The notes beneath the pieces are model-generated. The model was not told the origin of the DNA. It ran no database searches and worked only from the letters and a program-made list of their open reading frames with translations. Positions 27,678 through 42,300 of a stretch of DNA of 64,000 nucleotides are shown here, one piece after another (position 1 is the first letter of the stretch; each line of letters begins with the position of its first letter). Made by a program: the position numbers and the translations under genes. Location: assembly GCA_030141605.1 (NCBI GenBank), contig JAQGDQ010000113.1, positions 248,001 to 312,000 of the forward strand, given 5' to 3'. Source of the DNA: Tubiluchus corallicola. Its lineage: Eukaryota > Animalia > Priapulida.

Positions 27678-28183
27678 TGTAATACATGCATAATTGTCTT
27701 AGCGATTTGACTTTTCAGCACAGATCAGAATTCCTTGAAATGAATTCTAGCCTACCAGGTTTGCTAATAATATATATATTAGCATTATTATATTATTATA
27801 ATTCTTTATTTTTAAAAACTATGTACAGAATACATTCCCTCTATTTGTAGGATATGTTTAAAATTTCTAAAAGCATTTACAACGTATTAAACCTATTCAT
27901 ATATATATAATTTAGAATCCAACGCATGAGACACATTGAACAACAACGATCATATACAATAGACATAGTTACAAATTGTAATCTACATAATAAACGATAA
28001 CGAACATATTTTAATACTTGATAACAAAAATTTACACACATTATACACTATGAAAAACAGCGAGTACAATTATAATAATATAATTACCAATTTTAATGTA
28101 AATTCACATAATCACAAATAAAAATAAAAACAGCATATAGAAAATACGACGAGAGTTGTAAAATTTCATCATCAACAGACTGT

Positions 28184-29272
28184 TTATATACGAGCGAAAA
28201 ACGATAGGAATTCATCCGAGATAAGACTTGCAAAAGCATTTATAGCATTATTATCCCGGCTTGAGAAAACATAGTCCGAATCTAACGTAGGCAGAGTGCT
28301 AATAAAATCATTTCTTTTGGCTTGGTTTACTAATGTACATTCAAATAATAAATGATGTCCAGACTGAGGGCTTAATAAGCAGTTACATGTGCTATTAGGA
28401 GCCTGCCCAATTTTGTACAAAAATATTCCTTAAAATTTCCCTGCTTAAGTAATAAACTGAAAGCTAAAACTTCTAATTTTCTCCTGCCCAAAGAGACAGG
28501 GAATTGCATGGGCTTTATTAAAAACTTTTATCGGGTTAATACTGGTGTTTGTACATTGATACTTGTGGCGACATTTATTTATCCACATATGCAACACATA
28601 ATTGTCAATGTCACTTTTTGTTTTGAAACGTAGATGGTGGTAAAGATGCTATATCCACGTTACGCCAGTTTATATCTTTACTGATTTTTAAAAATTCGCC
28701 TGTATAGGCTAGTAATTGAAGTAAAAAGTGATTATGAATAAGATGAGGATTTGCATGACTATTTATCAAATCTAATTTGACAATATCATCATTTGAGGCA
28801 GATAGTACTTTCAGGATAAATTTTGCAGCTACACTTTTAAAGATTATGTCGAGAGGTGGCAGACCACAGATCAACTCTAATTTTTCACGAGACGGGTGAA
28901 AGTTACAGCCTGTTCCAGTTTTCATAACATCATATATAAGACCATCAAAGAAGCTATGTTTCCAAGCTTCCAACCATCCAAGCTGGAGCACCATACAAAA
29001 TTATAGATAGTGTAAGGGTTTACAGTACAGACACTAAAACCTTTGTAGAGGTTACATTTTCGTTTGATTTGTAACCATCTATACCATGCTTTTTTCCTGA
29101 CGTTATTGATTTGTAACTCAAAAGACAACTGCTTGTCTATAACAACACCTAGCACCTTAATGCTGTGCACGTAATTAATGCTTTGATTCCCAATTTTCAA
29201 AATGACATTTTGGTTTTCCATGCCAAAAAGGTAAAACCTCAGTTTTACCAGGCAATTATATATTAGAATCAT
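28184..29272 (-). mobile_element. 5'-truncated, frameshifted non-LTR retrotransposon (I/Jockey-group-like) ORF2 C-terminal remnant
   Basis: IKVLGVVIDKQLSF (RT thumb region), LELICGLPPLDI and the C-terminal zinc knuckle CNCLLSPQSGHHLLFEC, spread across three frames. Confidence 0.85.
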
Positions 29273-29396
29273 ATATTTTAAATTTTCTGAGACCCCTACT
29301 TTTTATCTTTCATTTCCATGTCTAAATTCTCCGCAACAAGCAATTAACAATTAAACGATTATCAAAGCAATTATATTTTTCACGCTAGATCTTCAC

Positions 29397-29404
29397 TATA
29401 AAAG
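29397..29404 (+). promoter_or_regulatory. Candidate TATA box for SLC7 gene A
   Basis: TATAAAAG about 580 nt upstream of the ATG. Confidence 0.3.
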
Positions 29405-29978
29405 CATAGAGACGAAGACCCGGCAACGTACCTAAGTGCGCGCAGATGCTTGGAAAAACAAAAAACGCCTATCTGAGCAAACTGTAGATTTAGCCAAACT
29501 ATTTTCCGTGATTTATGGAGTCGAAAAGCGAGTTTTGTGGAAACTACGTAACTTGAACTTTGACTTTGTACCGAAAGGGCTTACACTGGAGTTTGTTATA
29601 GTAATCCTACGTCAAGTGCCAAATTACTCAATAAAAGCAACAGTGAGCTTACAACAGTGACGAAAGGTTAACTTTCAGTGTTAAAAAATTTCTGAACGCT
29701 TGTGACTGAGTCGTTTTGTGAGTAAAGTATTGATCTAAAATATTAAACGACTTTATTTTACAAGTACAAAATAAAAGAGTAAGTAAATAAATAAAAATCA
29801 TTTGCCTTTGTAAAACAAAATTTTGGAAGTAACAATTACAATGCGCATATAAGCTACTATTAAATTTCGTTTACGTTTTTTCATTAAAGTAATGAAAATC
29901 TCAATATGTGAAGTAATGCTATGGATCTTTTAAAACCGTTTTAGCAACTTGCGTGGGCGTGCGAAAGAGGCTGCAAAC

Positions 29979-32900
29979 ATGTTGAAAAGACTTAATCTAA
30001 GATCAGAGACATCCTCCAAAGCACAGCACAAGAAAAACTTCAACAAAAAATATGAAGAGACTGGTCTGAAAAAAGAACTTGGGATCATCTCTGGATGCAC
30101 ATTCATAATGGGGACAATGATAGGCTCTGGTATTTTTATAGCGCCCAAAAGTGTTCTGAGGTTATCTGGATCTGTTGGAGCTTCTCTATTGATCTGGACC
30201 GGATGTGGAATACTTGCACTATTAGGTAACTTTCAAAAACATATACAGCAAAAAAGACATACACTTACTGCGTGTTTTTGGCAGATGAACTTTTGGTAAC
30301 CTTTAACACCCATAATTGATTGATTACAGCAATGACCAATGACGACGACAATGATGACGTTAACCACAAGTACTGAATATTTTTTTTAACGCTGTTGATG
30401 CAAGCTTCCAAGAACATACTTCCTAGATTTGTGTTCCTGAACTCCAAGATTATAATTTCATAGGTAGAGAGGTACGACTGTTGAGATATCACAATAGCAA
30501 GACTGGGCACTGATATTAACATTTTACAACGTTACTTTGGCCTATAGGTGCTTATTTGACCTTGAACGGAAACTGCTTGGACGGGGTACAAGACTAGTGC
30601 AGGCACCCTTATTATCAATTATAAGTATTACACCCATTTTATTTATCTGGAAGTCTTCTAAGTAAAGTTTTAAAGACAAGATGGCCGTACATACTCGAAA
30701 ATGAAAATTTGTACACTAGAACGAAAACTATTCATTGGAGCTTAAAAGTCGAGTTCCGAGGATTATGATGGCTAGGACACCTTGTATGATTACAAAAAGA
30801 ACCACTAGTAAGAATCGTGTTAAAGTAAGCCTCAAAATTTTGCACAAACCAAAAAAATTGCATAGCTAAGGTGAATAAACATCTTCAAACCAAATCTATC
30901 TTTAGGAGTAGTGGAACATACGCAGTTAGCTGCAGATAGGAGTGGGTGGAATGCTCTAATAAATATTAATGCCTCAACGTTTACAGCAGATAAATGAGTC
31001 ATAGAAGAAGAAAAATTATTAATCACAAGTATCACATATCTGTCATTTTCGACTATTCCTTAGGTGCTCTATGCTATGCAGAGTTGGGCACATCACTTCC
31101 AATGTCTGGAGCAGAGTTTGCTTATTACATGGAAGCTTGGGGATCGAACGAGAATCACGCGTTTCTTGGGTCTATACCTGCATTTCTTTTTGCCTGGACT
31201 AATACCGTGATATTAAAACCTGCTGGATCCGCAATAGTATGCATGACGATGGCAAGGTATGCCCTGACGCCTCTCTACGAATGTGGAGCTCCAGTTTATT
31301 TGCAGAAAATGACAGCAATATTAGCCACATGTAAGTCGGTGGCATTTACAAATTGATTCTCTTTGGTAAGCTAGTTTATTGACTATAATTTTACATAATT
31401 CCAAACTAATACAATATAACAATGGGTAACCAAAAATAAATACAGTCCATTTTAGGAGCATTACCATTAAACTGTCGCATACGATTGGCTGATGTATTTT
31501 AGGGTTCCGAGTAGTTTTCTACTTTCTCTATCCTATATAGCTGTACAGGTAAATAAACTCTAATTGCCTGCAAAGTACAGACTCATTAGCAACATGGCCG
31601 ATTTGCACCTTATGTGCGTTTACTACGAATACACGTTCTCTAATATCTACGAAACAAATCGGTTTAAATTAATTGCAGATTTATTCAAATGAATTTAGAA
31701 TTGTTCAAATCATTAGACCCATTAGCAAGACTAAGACAAACACTTTGAGTGTGTTTAATGCCTAGCTGCATATCTGGCGATCACCAACCAAACATTAGGG
31801 TTAAACACACTTTTTTATTTTTTTATCTCTTGATGTACTAATCTTTCTTGTCTCTTGATGTACTAGTACTAATAATGATCATATATATCGTGTTGATGGA
31901 AAATAAATGATAATACTTAATTAGGCACATGTTCACATGTTTCTTTAGCTCACTGCGGCGTGCTCTTCGGGATCGCTAGGCTTCCATGTGTGCCTGGTGT
32001 TTGCGTTCAATTTGAAGTTTCCCGTCACAGTAAAGGCCTATGTAGACTACCGGGAAACTCACCATTAGTGAGTCACACTCAACGTTGTCATTCTTGCAAG
32101 CAACGCATTCCCGATTTCTTTAAGCGACGCGGGTTTTTTTGGTGTAAAACAAGTTTTGTAACCAAAGCTAGTGGTCACATCCTCTGATTGGGAAAAAGCG
32201 TGTCGTCACTAGGGAAGTGTGTCACTCAGGAACTTTGCCACTTGAATTTCATCGGTATCACGGAAAGCTATCTTTTATGCGCGCAGACTTTCATGAAAAC
32301 GTGTTGCTCACTCACTTTCACAACAAATCGTCGGAGGCGCCTTAATATTGTCTAAGTGATATTTTCTGCAACAGGTGCTCATACTGGTGATCGCCTATCC
32401 GGCATGGCCAAAATTGTTCACATAACGATTGCTAGTTTTTGATTTGTAATATATGTTTTGATTTGTAATATTTGTAATGTATTTGTTATTTTTAATATAG
32501 GTTTAATAACTGGTATTAATTGCCGAAGCGTCAACTATGCTGCCAGGGTTCAAATAATTTTCACTGTTGCAAAAGTTCTAGCGCTTGTCGTTATTATTGT
32601 CGGCGGTATAGTAAACCTTTTTAAAGGTACGTGATCATTAGTAATTAAATTTGTTTCAGTCTAATAACTTGAAACACCATTACTAAAAGGTTTTTAGACT
32701 GAGAAATAGAGATTGAAATTATTAACAATCAGTACAGTAACATGGCAACTGATGAATCAGAAAATTTATATTCCGGACGTTTTAGTCTCCCGGCTCTCAT
32801 CATCTCATTGGGACAGCAAATACTGCTATGACAAATCGGGCAGTTTAAGAAGGTCGCCTCTGAAATTTATTGCAGACTTCTGTATCCGCTTTTCACTGGA

Positions 32901-35900
32901 AGACAGAAATCCATTGAATTAAAATACATTTTGCCACGGGACCAAAGAGTATTTTTGTGAATATTTTCTGAGTGATTAGTATAATTAACTGTTCATGTAT
33001 CTATGTGATTCATATTGACTTCTAATCAATGTTGCGAAATATATTGGCAATCTTATTTCGTCATAACCTAACTACAAATTGCATTTTCAGGGATGACAAC
33101 GCAATTTGAAAATGCTTTCGACAGGTTTGACGAGTCAGTTGAGACTTCATTCTCATCTATGGCTCTGGCATTCTATGGCGGTCTTTGGTCTTACAACAGC
33201 TGGAACAGTTTAAATTACGCAACAGAAGAACTAAAAAAACCCAGGTAGGCTACATTACTGACTGATGTAGCTCAGTTGCTAAACCAAGTGTTTGAGTTTG
33301 AAGGTTTGTAGTGCTGAATAAACCGTTTATCCCCATATAAGAGGAACTAAAGAATACTGAGTCTTGTGTAAATTTTTATTGAGCATGCCTATCGCTTCAA
33401 GAATAATCTAATACCGTTACATAAGTCATAATTTTGTAATAACTATGGCTTTAAGTCATTTTCTTCTTCAAAGTCTCATTCCATGTATTGTAAACATTTA
33501 GGCATTAACATTTATCAGAGTATCCCACCTATTCCTATCTGCTGCCAACAGCGTAAATTCTTCTACCCCTAAAGCTAGATTTGCTTAATGTTGTTGAGCA
33601 TCTTTATTTATCTTAGCTATCTAAGCTGTAATTGGCTTGCCAGGTGGGCTTTTTGCAAGGTTTTAAGGCTTCCTTTAATGCGATTCTTACTGGTGTTTCA
33701 CTTGTTAATCTTACCAGGTGTCGTAGCCATCTTAATCGTCGAACTTCATTTTTGAACTCCAATGAATTTCTTTCGTTCTAGTGCATAAATCTTCATTTTT
33801 GTGAGCTAATGTTCAATGTTCATATGGATGTAAATCCAATACATTTCCAATTAAGCATGGTGTTCCCCAAGGTTCTACTCTAGGACCACTTTTATTTCTT
33901 CTATATATAAACGATATGCCACTAAGTTGCTCAAATTTAATCTTCAGACTTTTTACAGATGACACAAATATTTTTTAAGTGATTCAAATATAGATAACTA
34001 CAATACATTACAAAATTATACCAATCGCCTAGTAAAGCACTTTCAACAATACCTAGTGGTACATTATACAGAAAAGTTCCACACTACAGAAAAAACACTG
34101 CAAAGTTAAAAGTACCTAAACCTAAAGTTCTCACAAAATTACATTCCTACTTTAGTAGTGGGTGGAGAGAGGGTGGGTTTTCACGTCCAGCGACAACAAG
34201 CAAATGGGTGATTTCCGACAAGATGACGGATGTCATTCGTTGATTGGTCGGCTAGAAACACTGGCTCGCATGCGTACAAATATTCCTTACATAAACTCAT
34301 TTATTGCTATTCTTTCAATAAATTTACCTTTTTTTGATTACGTATGACCATCGTATCTTTAAATAATCTGTCCTTAGAAGACTTCTTTGGAACGTGACAA
34401 TCTCAAGTCATAGTAACCCGAATAATAATTTGTTGCATTGTTTGCATTTTCAGAGATTTGATTAAAGCCATACTGATCACGCTGCCGTTTGTCACTTTTC
34501 TTTATGTGGCAACAAACATATCGTATTTTACAGTAATGACGCCAGAGGAACTGTTGGCATCAGAAGCTGTAGCCATTGTAAGTGCAGAAGCAATTGATTA
34601 CAAGCCACGAACAATTTCCACTTTATTCCTCAGCAATAAGCCTTTTCACAATTTCAGTGATTGATGATTATCGTGTGAAGTTTAAAGGTTAAAAGAACCT
34701 AACAACGTTATTTGAACCAGACAACGCATAAATTTGTTTACACTTGGCAACACCTCGTGGCCCACGCTATTGTAGTAGCAGTTTTCGGCGGTTATTTTCG
34801 CTACAGTTATTTGATTTTATGTGGATTGCTGCTGTTAGTTTACTAGTTGTCTTTGAATAAGAATATCATGTTAGTTTTAAAACTATAGACGTGTAGTATA
34901 ATAACAAAAATAACCACATGTTTCACCCGTTTTACCTACTTGTAGTTACTTGCATAAGATCACGTGACGATTGTAGTTAAATAAGACGTGCTAGTTTCAC
35001 TTAGCCTTTGACCTACAACTACTGCGCGTGCGCATAGCGAACCTGCAAAAAGGCTTACTCTTCAACTCCTCAACATTTGCTTTAGTTCATCATAAGCAGT
35101 CACGTAACAGCGAACGTGAAATATTTACTACACACAGCTAAAATAAATTTTGAAGAGTTAAGGAATACAGGATAGCGTCTTAAGTAATTTTTACTTAATT
35201 GATGAAAACATGTCAATTTTATCTACATGATATAGGTTCAAGGGTTTACTCGTAACTTGTCGGCACTTTTTAGCAGTTAGAGCGCATATACTAAAGACAT
35301 TAACATCTCGTACTACTCTAAAATGCTCGCATCAGCTAGTAAAATGCATTTTGTTTCATTGTCCGGTTGTGCACCTAAAACGTGACTGGCTCGCTAAAAA
35401 TGTATTAGAATTTATCTCACTGACAAGACAAAGTAATTAATACTTTGCTTATTTAGTGAAGTGTGCGCTACGAATGCTCTGATTTTTTAACTTCACTTCA
35501 CTTCAATGTTACCTTAGCTTCAATGTTATCTATATTCAGATGACATACCGTCAAAACGGCTGCGGCTAACGGTCATTACGGAGTTCAGATTTTCGGTTTT
35601 TATGGTTTTATTCGGTGTAAGGCAGTAAGACAACATGTAGGTGATTCAAATTTTAAGACGATTATTAGCTAGGAAAGTAATGGGTTTTCAGACAAAATGT
35701 AGGTGATACAAAATTTCAAGACGCATTTTTTAGCTTAGGTAAGAAAATTGTGTTTTTGCTTTTTAAGTGGCTACCAGACCTGCTATTTGCAATCTGATTC
35801 ACAAGACAAGTTGTCACGATAATGTACTCACTAATCGATTGCTATACAAATAGACAACAAATCTTTTACTAGCAGTTTAATCTTTTGCTAGACATGGGCA

Positions 35901-38210
35901 GATGCAATGCTGGGAACAATGGCGTGGATCATACCAGTTTCAGTTGCTCTTTCTACATTTGGAGCAACAAATGGGAGTTTCTTTACAACAGCACGTATAA
36001 CACACGTGGCAGCGAGGGAAAATCATATGCCAGGAATTCTATCACACGTACACGTTAGACATTACACTCCATCTCCTGCTATTATTTTAATGGTGAGAGG
36101 TAATTTTAAACAGATTCATTTTAAAAAGTTCAAGAGTAAATAAATAAGAAACGGTAATTTACAATTGTGATAAAAAATAATCCAGGCATTTCGTTATTCG
36201 TGTAGTCATTCAGGGCTGTCAAAGAATCACTGTTGTGAAGCATTTTCGCAAACTTTAACTTTTGTTGCATGCTTTGTCGTCGATTTTTGTTATTCTCTAT
36301 TCATAGTTCGTATACATGGCTGTAGTGGACTCTATCAGGTATCAAAGTAGCCTCGTAATATTTATAATATTCGTAGTATTCGTAGCATAGTAGTATTCAT
36401 TTTGTATTTATGACATTAACAACGACGACGACAGCAACAGTAACGTGATGACACAAACAGCAGTGACCACGGTAACGATGATGGTAACATTATTGACGAA
36501 GATGACAGTGAGCGAATAGCGGATAATGATAATGATGATCCACATGATGAAAATCACGAAATGGTTATGATATCATGACGATGGCTATAAAAATTGTCAG
36601 TGAATCCATTTTTGGTTCTAGTGATTGGTTTACCTAAAAACCAAAAAGTTTCGCCACAATCCTCCGGCGAAATTGTATTTTCTCAAGTTGTCAAACTTTG
36701 TCTTTATCATTGTCGTTAGTTTTATCTTTTTTATATTATAATAATGCTTTATTTGACATAAAATGGATTACAATAAAATCAGAATCCTCAGTGTAAAAAC
36801 TTATTAATAATTATTAATACGCTGCTAATGGCAAATACGTCAGGTGCAAAACTATAAACTACGGTGCACAAAACTAAAATACAATAGATACAATATGAAA
36901 GGAACAATAAAAGTAAAGTACATAATAAACGTAAGGCGAAGTTTACATTAAGTTATTACAATATACATAAACATATACAATATACATTTACTCATTTCAT
37001 TTGTTGCTATTGCTTCACTAATCTGCTCTTTCGCTGCTATTTTTGATGAGCAACGTAGGATATTTTTCTGCACTATATATAAACAGGATATATAAACAGG
37101 TCACCGAATAAAGGCCAGCATACCTTTATGTTAATTAGTTTAACATTCACATTAAAATGATATTTTATTTCAGGGAGTGCTTGTAATCTTGTACATACTG
37201 CCAGCAAACATCGAAACACTTATAGATTTATTTAGTTTTACTTCTTGGATGTTTTATGGATTATCAATGGTGGCTCTTATTGTTATGAGATGGACTAGAC
37301 CAAACATGGAACGACCAATAAAGGTGAAAATATACTTGAATTTCACATTACATTCCCTAATGTATGGAAGTAAAAATATTGTAGATTTTTATCAAATATT
37401 GGTTTACCCACCCTAATCATGAAATTTAACAGAAATATGATGCTAAACATTAATTTGAGAAAATCGAACTGCGCACAGGAATTTATGTTAAAAATTAGAA
37501 CCTAAGACTATTATATAATGAAACTATGCATTGTATTAACAGGTGGTATTAATCATACCAATATTCGTTTTCATAATGGCAGTCTACCTCGTTGTTGCTC
37601 CTATAGTGGATCATCCTGACGTAGAGTATTTGATTGCTGTAGCTCTTATTTTAACTGGACTCTTCTTCTATGTACCATTGGTTTACTTTCGTTTAAAATT
37701 AAACCTCGTGGGTAAGCTTGCATAATGTATTTATACATAAGTTCTTTTTGACAATGATAGTAAAAGATAACATAGCGTTTCAAAAGCAAAATTCAGCGGA
37801 AGAACTGAATTACAAATTTTAACATTTTGCCAACATATCATGTGCTTCTAGTTTTTGAATGTTCTAGCTATTATTCCTATTTTGAGTTCTTGTTTTCCAT
37901 TAAATTTTCTTACACAGACAAATAGTTGTCATTTTTACGAAATGCGCGTATTGAAACCTGACACACTAGTACCACTAGCCTTAAAACCGTAAATGAAGTT
38001 CAATTCCGAATATCCACACTCGTCAGACTGGAATGTAATCTCTAAAAGCGAAATTGACAGGCTTAAATTATATTAAATTGCTGCAAAAACGTGTCTTTAA
38101 TTTTCATGTTTATAGATCACTTAACGAAATTCTTGCAACTGCTATTGGAAGTAGCACCACCAGATGCCGAGGTACATATGTCGTATAAACCCATTAGAAC
38201 AAAACTGTAG
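29979..38210 (+). CDS. SLC7A9: SLC7A9/b(0,+)AT-like heteromeric amino-acid transporter light chain, paralog A (510 aa, 9 coding exons)
   Basis: join(29979-30225,31064-31330,32501-32626,33091-33244,34454-34577,35892-36092,37174-37323,37543-37711,38116-38210); all GT-AG, phases consistent, no internal stop. Motifs [18 protein letters not shown], heavy-chain Cys (PLYECGAP), [20 protein letters not shown]. Symbol indicates the closest family member, not proven 1:1 orthology. Confidence 0.92.
33480..33830 (-). mobile_element. Decayed RTE-like LINE 3' remnant in intron 4 of gene A
   Basis: Minus-strand translation includes [13 protein letters not shown]...[11 protein letters not shown], similar to the RRLRWxGH C-terminus of RTE ORFs. 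Confidence 0.5.
33859..33978 (+). mobile_element. CR1/L2-type reverse transcriptase fragment
   Basis: [20 protein letters not shown]...LFTDDTNIF followed by a stop. Confidence 0.85.
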
Positions 38211-39341
38211 GCTGCTGCATGCCCGTGGAAGTTAACTAAAGAAAAGACAACCATACTGGTCAGATAGACCAGATCTACAGACGAATGCAGACCTTTATCA
38301 GAATCGCCTAACGATATATTTGTAATGATTGCGACGACTCTATGTTAATTAGTACTTTTGTGGATAAAATAACATAAGAGAATATGCTATTGATTTGTGG
38401 TATAATATTGTTTTGTGTAACTTTTCTAATATACGGTTCTTTACTTTGCACGTAAAATAAAGGAACCCAAACTCTTTGGTATAAAAATTGCACATAAATT
38501 TATGCTGAGAAAGAGAAGACTATTTGGGTTAACCCTTTACAGCAACTTAACTGCTGTCATTGTTCTTGCATAAATGGTAAAACGCTATACTATTATACTA
38601 TTAATGCACTTAAATTTGCATAGTTTATTACAAATCTAGTAATACGAGTACGGAAGGCTGGAAATCATTTAATTTTTTAGATCGTTTGTCTAGCCCAACA
38701 CAGGATCAACCTTGCCTTATGTTCGTTTTTATTTTAATTTAACTTTTAGGACTTTTTGAAAATATTATAATACCTCTGTGACTTGTAGATTTACTAATTC
38801 TGATATTATAAAAATTCTTATAAAACTGCTTTAATACAAATGTAGCAAGTAGGGGCATGTTAGGAGGTCTTAGATCATACAAAGACATTAAATTTATAGT
38901 TTGTCGACCAGTATACATGTATCATTCAGTATCAACCATACAGGTTAAAGTCTAGAGAAAAATATATACGAAAATGTGTCAATCGTAAATGTTGTTTTGA
39001 CTGAGGTAGTGTGCCTGGATAAATTTTTGTCTTATACTTTATTGCTTGAATGTTGGCTTTTAGGCTGGATTTTTCATTTTAAAATACTTACAAACGTAAC
39101 AAACTATTGCACTGTTATAATAACAAAGCATTCTGCAGTATCATTCATATGGCGTCTTCTTCGTTGGAACCAACTTTTATCATTTCAAACCGTTCATTTT
39201 TTGGCGACAACAAATCTACGGGTAAGTGGTGATGTCTTTGTATTTGTTAAATTTTTCTTATAAAAGATTCTTCCAAAAAATATTTAGTTTCATCTTTAAA
39301 GGTTAGGCATTCATTTGTACAATTTATCAAAATGTTAATAA

Positions 39342-42300
39342 ATGGTTTCAGAAGGAAAAGATTTGCACAAGTCCAATGCAAAACTTGTTAACCGGGAAGC
39401 AGACGTCGACAATGCTGAAAAAGTTGACCTAAAGAAAGAACTGGGTTTACTGTCAGGATGTACTCTTATTATAGGAACCATGATAGGTTCTGGAATTTTT
39501 GTTTCCCCTAAGAATGTTTTACGGCACTCAGGGTCGGTTGGAACAGCTTTGATTGTTTGGACAGGCTGTGGCGTATTGGCATTGCTAGGTATGGTTTATT
39601 TGTTAGGTCAGACAACCTAGCGAGAGCACAAACATGTCAGCGGTTTTATTTTATTAAATGAGTAAATGAATTTGCAATGGAAGAAACACCTTCGCATTTG
39701 TTAGTTAAGAGAATTTTTTGTAGTAAACAAAATTTGATGTTACAACAACCACTGAATTCTAAAAACCAAGTAAAAATACCACGTATCGCGTGACACCTCG
39801 CTTCTACGGTAGGTAGATCTTGGCAATCTCCAAGCTTTATATCCAGATTTGCCTGCTACTCCATTACATTTACTTAATCTGATAATTTCTATAGATATGT
39901 GGTAATGACATCGTCTTTCTTTCAAAATATTTCCAGTAATTATTTTACACAATTATTCAACATCAGAAGTACTCCTAGAGACCGAACTGTATTAAAAAAT
40001 GTTCCTCTTTTTCAGCTTCCCTATGCTATGCGGAACTAGGTACATCCATTCCATTGTCTGGTGCAGAATTTTCTTATTACATGGAGGCGTGGGGAAAAAG
40101 TAAAAAACACAACTTCTTGGGTCCAATGCCCGCATTTTTGTTTGCCTGGACGTACGCTACGATGATAAAACCTTCTAGTTTAGCAATACTATCACTGTCT
40201 TTTGCCACGTACGTGCTCGCGCCTTTTTACGAATGCGGCGTACCATCGTACCTAAAGATACTCATGTCAACGTTAGCAATATGTAAGTAAAAGTCAAACG
40301 TGTTAAAAGAAATGGTCAGTTTAATGTAAATAAATGAGTTAAAAACGAAGCAGTACTGTTCTATTGCAATATTTTGGTGTTACACACTTGAACTGAACAA
40401 TTATGCACGTGGTATAACACAGGGGCCTATTTGAGATCAATGTTATAGAACTATTTGCATACGAACTCTTTATTTATTTATTTGTTTATTTCCTCCATTT
40501 ATGTTGTACGTAAATCATTTAAATTAGTTGGTTTTAACTGAACAACAGGTTTCATTAAAGCGCAAGAAAACACTTCACAAATAAAGCTTTTAAAATTCGT
40601 CTTGAAATTTTATATCAACTACTTAATACTTTATATTGTCAGTAACATCAAGGATATGTTTTTGGTAAGCCACTGGTGCACACTGGGATAGCACTGTTTT
40701 ATAAGGTGCTGAAACATTTTAAATTATTAATAATTTTCTTTTTCAATTACGAAATTCTTTCAAATACTTTAGTATAATGCTAAGTAATATAACTTTGTGT
40801 GGATTTTTTTCGGAAGTTCATTTTTTCACGTTTAATTAATTTTACCCTATTCTTAAAAGGAGATTGACTTTAAACAACTAAGATGGTCTGATAGCTCACA
40901 TGCCGTTAAGCTAATTGTCATTTATACGGTCTGGAGGTTTATTAAAATTTTGGATTATCACAGGTTAAAAATCTGTAATTCTCTAAAGTAGTTCTTCGCA
41001 AGTACACTAGAAATGAAATTGCTATTAAACGTGAAATTTCGTGATGCTAATGTTGAGTGCCATATATAATTATTTTAGGCTTATAATCTTATTGATAATC
41101 TTATAATCTTATAAACATTATTGAAACTTATAATCTTTTCATTATGGTTTATTAATAAGGTTTAATAGCAGAAGTCAACTGCCTGAGCGTGAGCTATGCA
41201 GCAAGGGTGCAAAACATCTTCACTTTTGCAAAAGTAGCTGCTCTTTTTATCATCATAATTGGTGGCGCTGTTAACTTATTTAAAGGTAACGCTATTTAAC
41301 AAATTTAATCATAAATAGAACAAAATAATTTTGAAACACTATTCTAGGGTTTGCAAGAGCATTATGGTAATCACAAATATACTTACCTTACCTTCATCAT
41401 TAATGGCGCAAAGATGCTGCTGATGATGATGATGTTGATGATGATGATGACGATGATAACGATCACGGCAATGACTACGATAATGACGATGATAATAGTG
41501 ATGATGATATGATGATATGTATAAGAAATGACAACGATAATGACAATCTGATGAAAGTGATGGCAACTGCAAGGGTGATAATGGTGACAATTTTCACGAC
41601 AAAGTTAACCCAATTATAAGAAATGTAAGAGAACTATATATTTATGGGGTGCAACATGCATAACACACCTGACATTATAGTTAGGACAATCTCCGATATT
41701 TAAAACTGACAAAGCGTCTGTAATGAATTAATGAATTACAGACCATCTATTTTTAATTGTTTATTAATGTGATTTTTTATTTATTTATTTAATTAATTTT
41801 TATATATTTTCATGATTTTAGGAATGACTGATAATCTCCGTAACGGATTTGAATCATTCCAGTCAGAAGCTGAAACTTCATTTGCAAAAATAGCTTTAGC
41901 ATGTTACAGTGGTCTCTGGGCGTACAATAGTTGGAACAATTTGAACTACGTCGTAGAAGAGCTTAAAAATCTGAAGTAAGTTGCAAAATTTCCAACCAAA
42001 ACACACAGCTGAGTTGCGCGAATATTCGTAACCACCTGGATTCGGTACACTCTCTAAGCGTCTCATTAACTGTACCGATTATGGCTTTTTATTCATTTGT
42101 TGAAAGATGTATACTCAGCTGAATGTGTTTGAGTCACTTCTACCTGTTACATGGCTGATCTTAGAGGAATACCCTAATAGTAGGCCTAAACAGCTACTCG
42201 TCTAGTGATTATCCCATCTAGTTATTAGCATCACTTTGAATAATCCCAGACATTTAATGCTATTATTAATTCTGGCTTGTAGAAGTATGTGGAATGTCAC

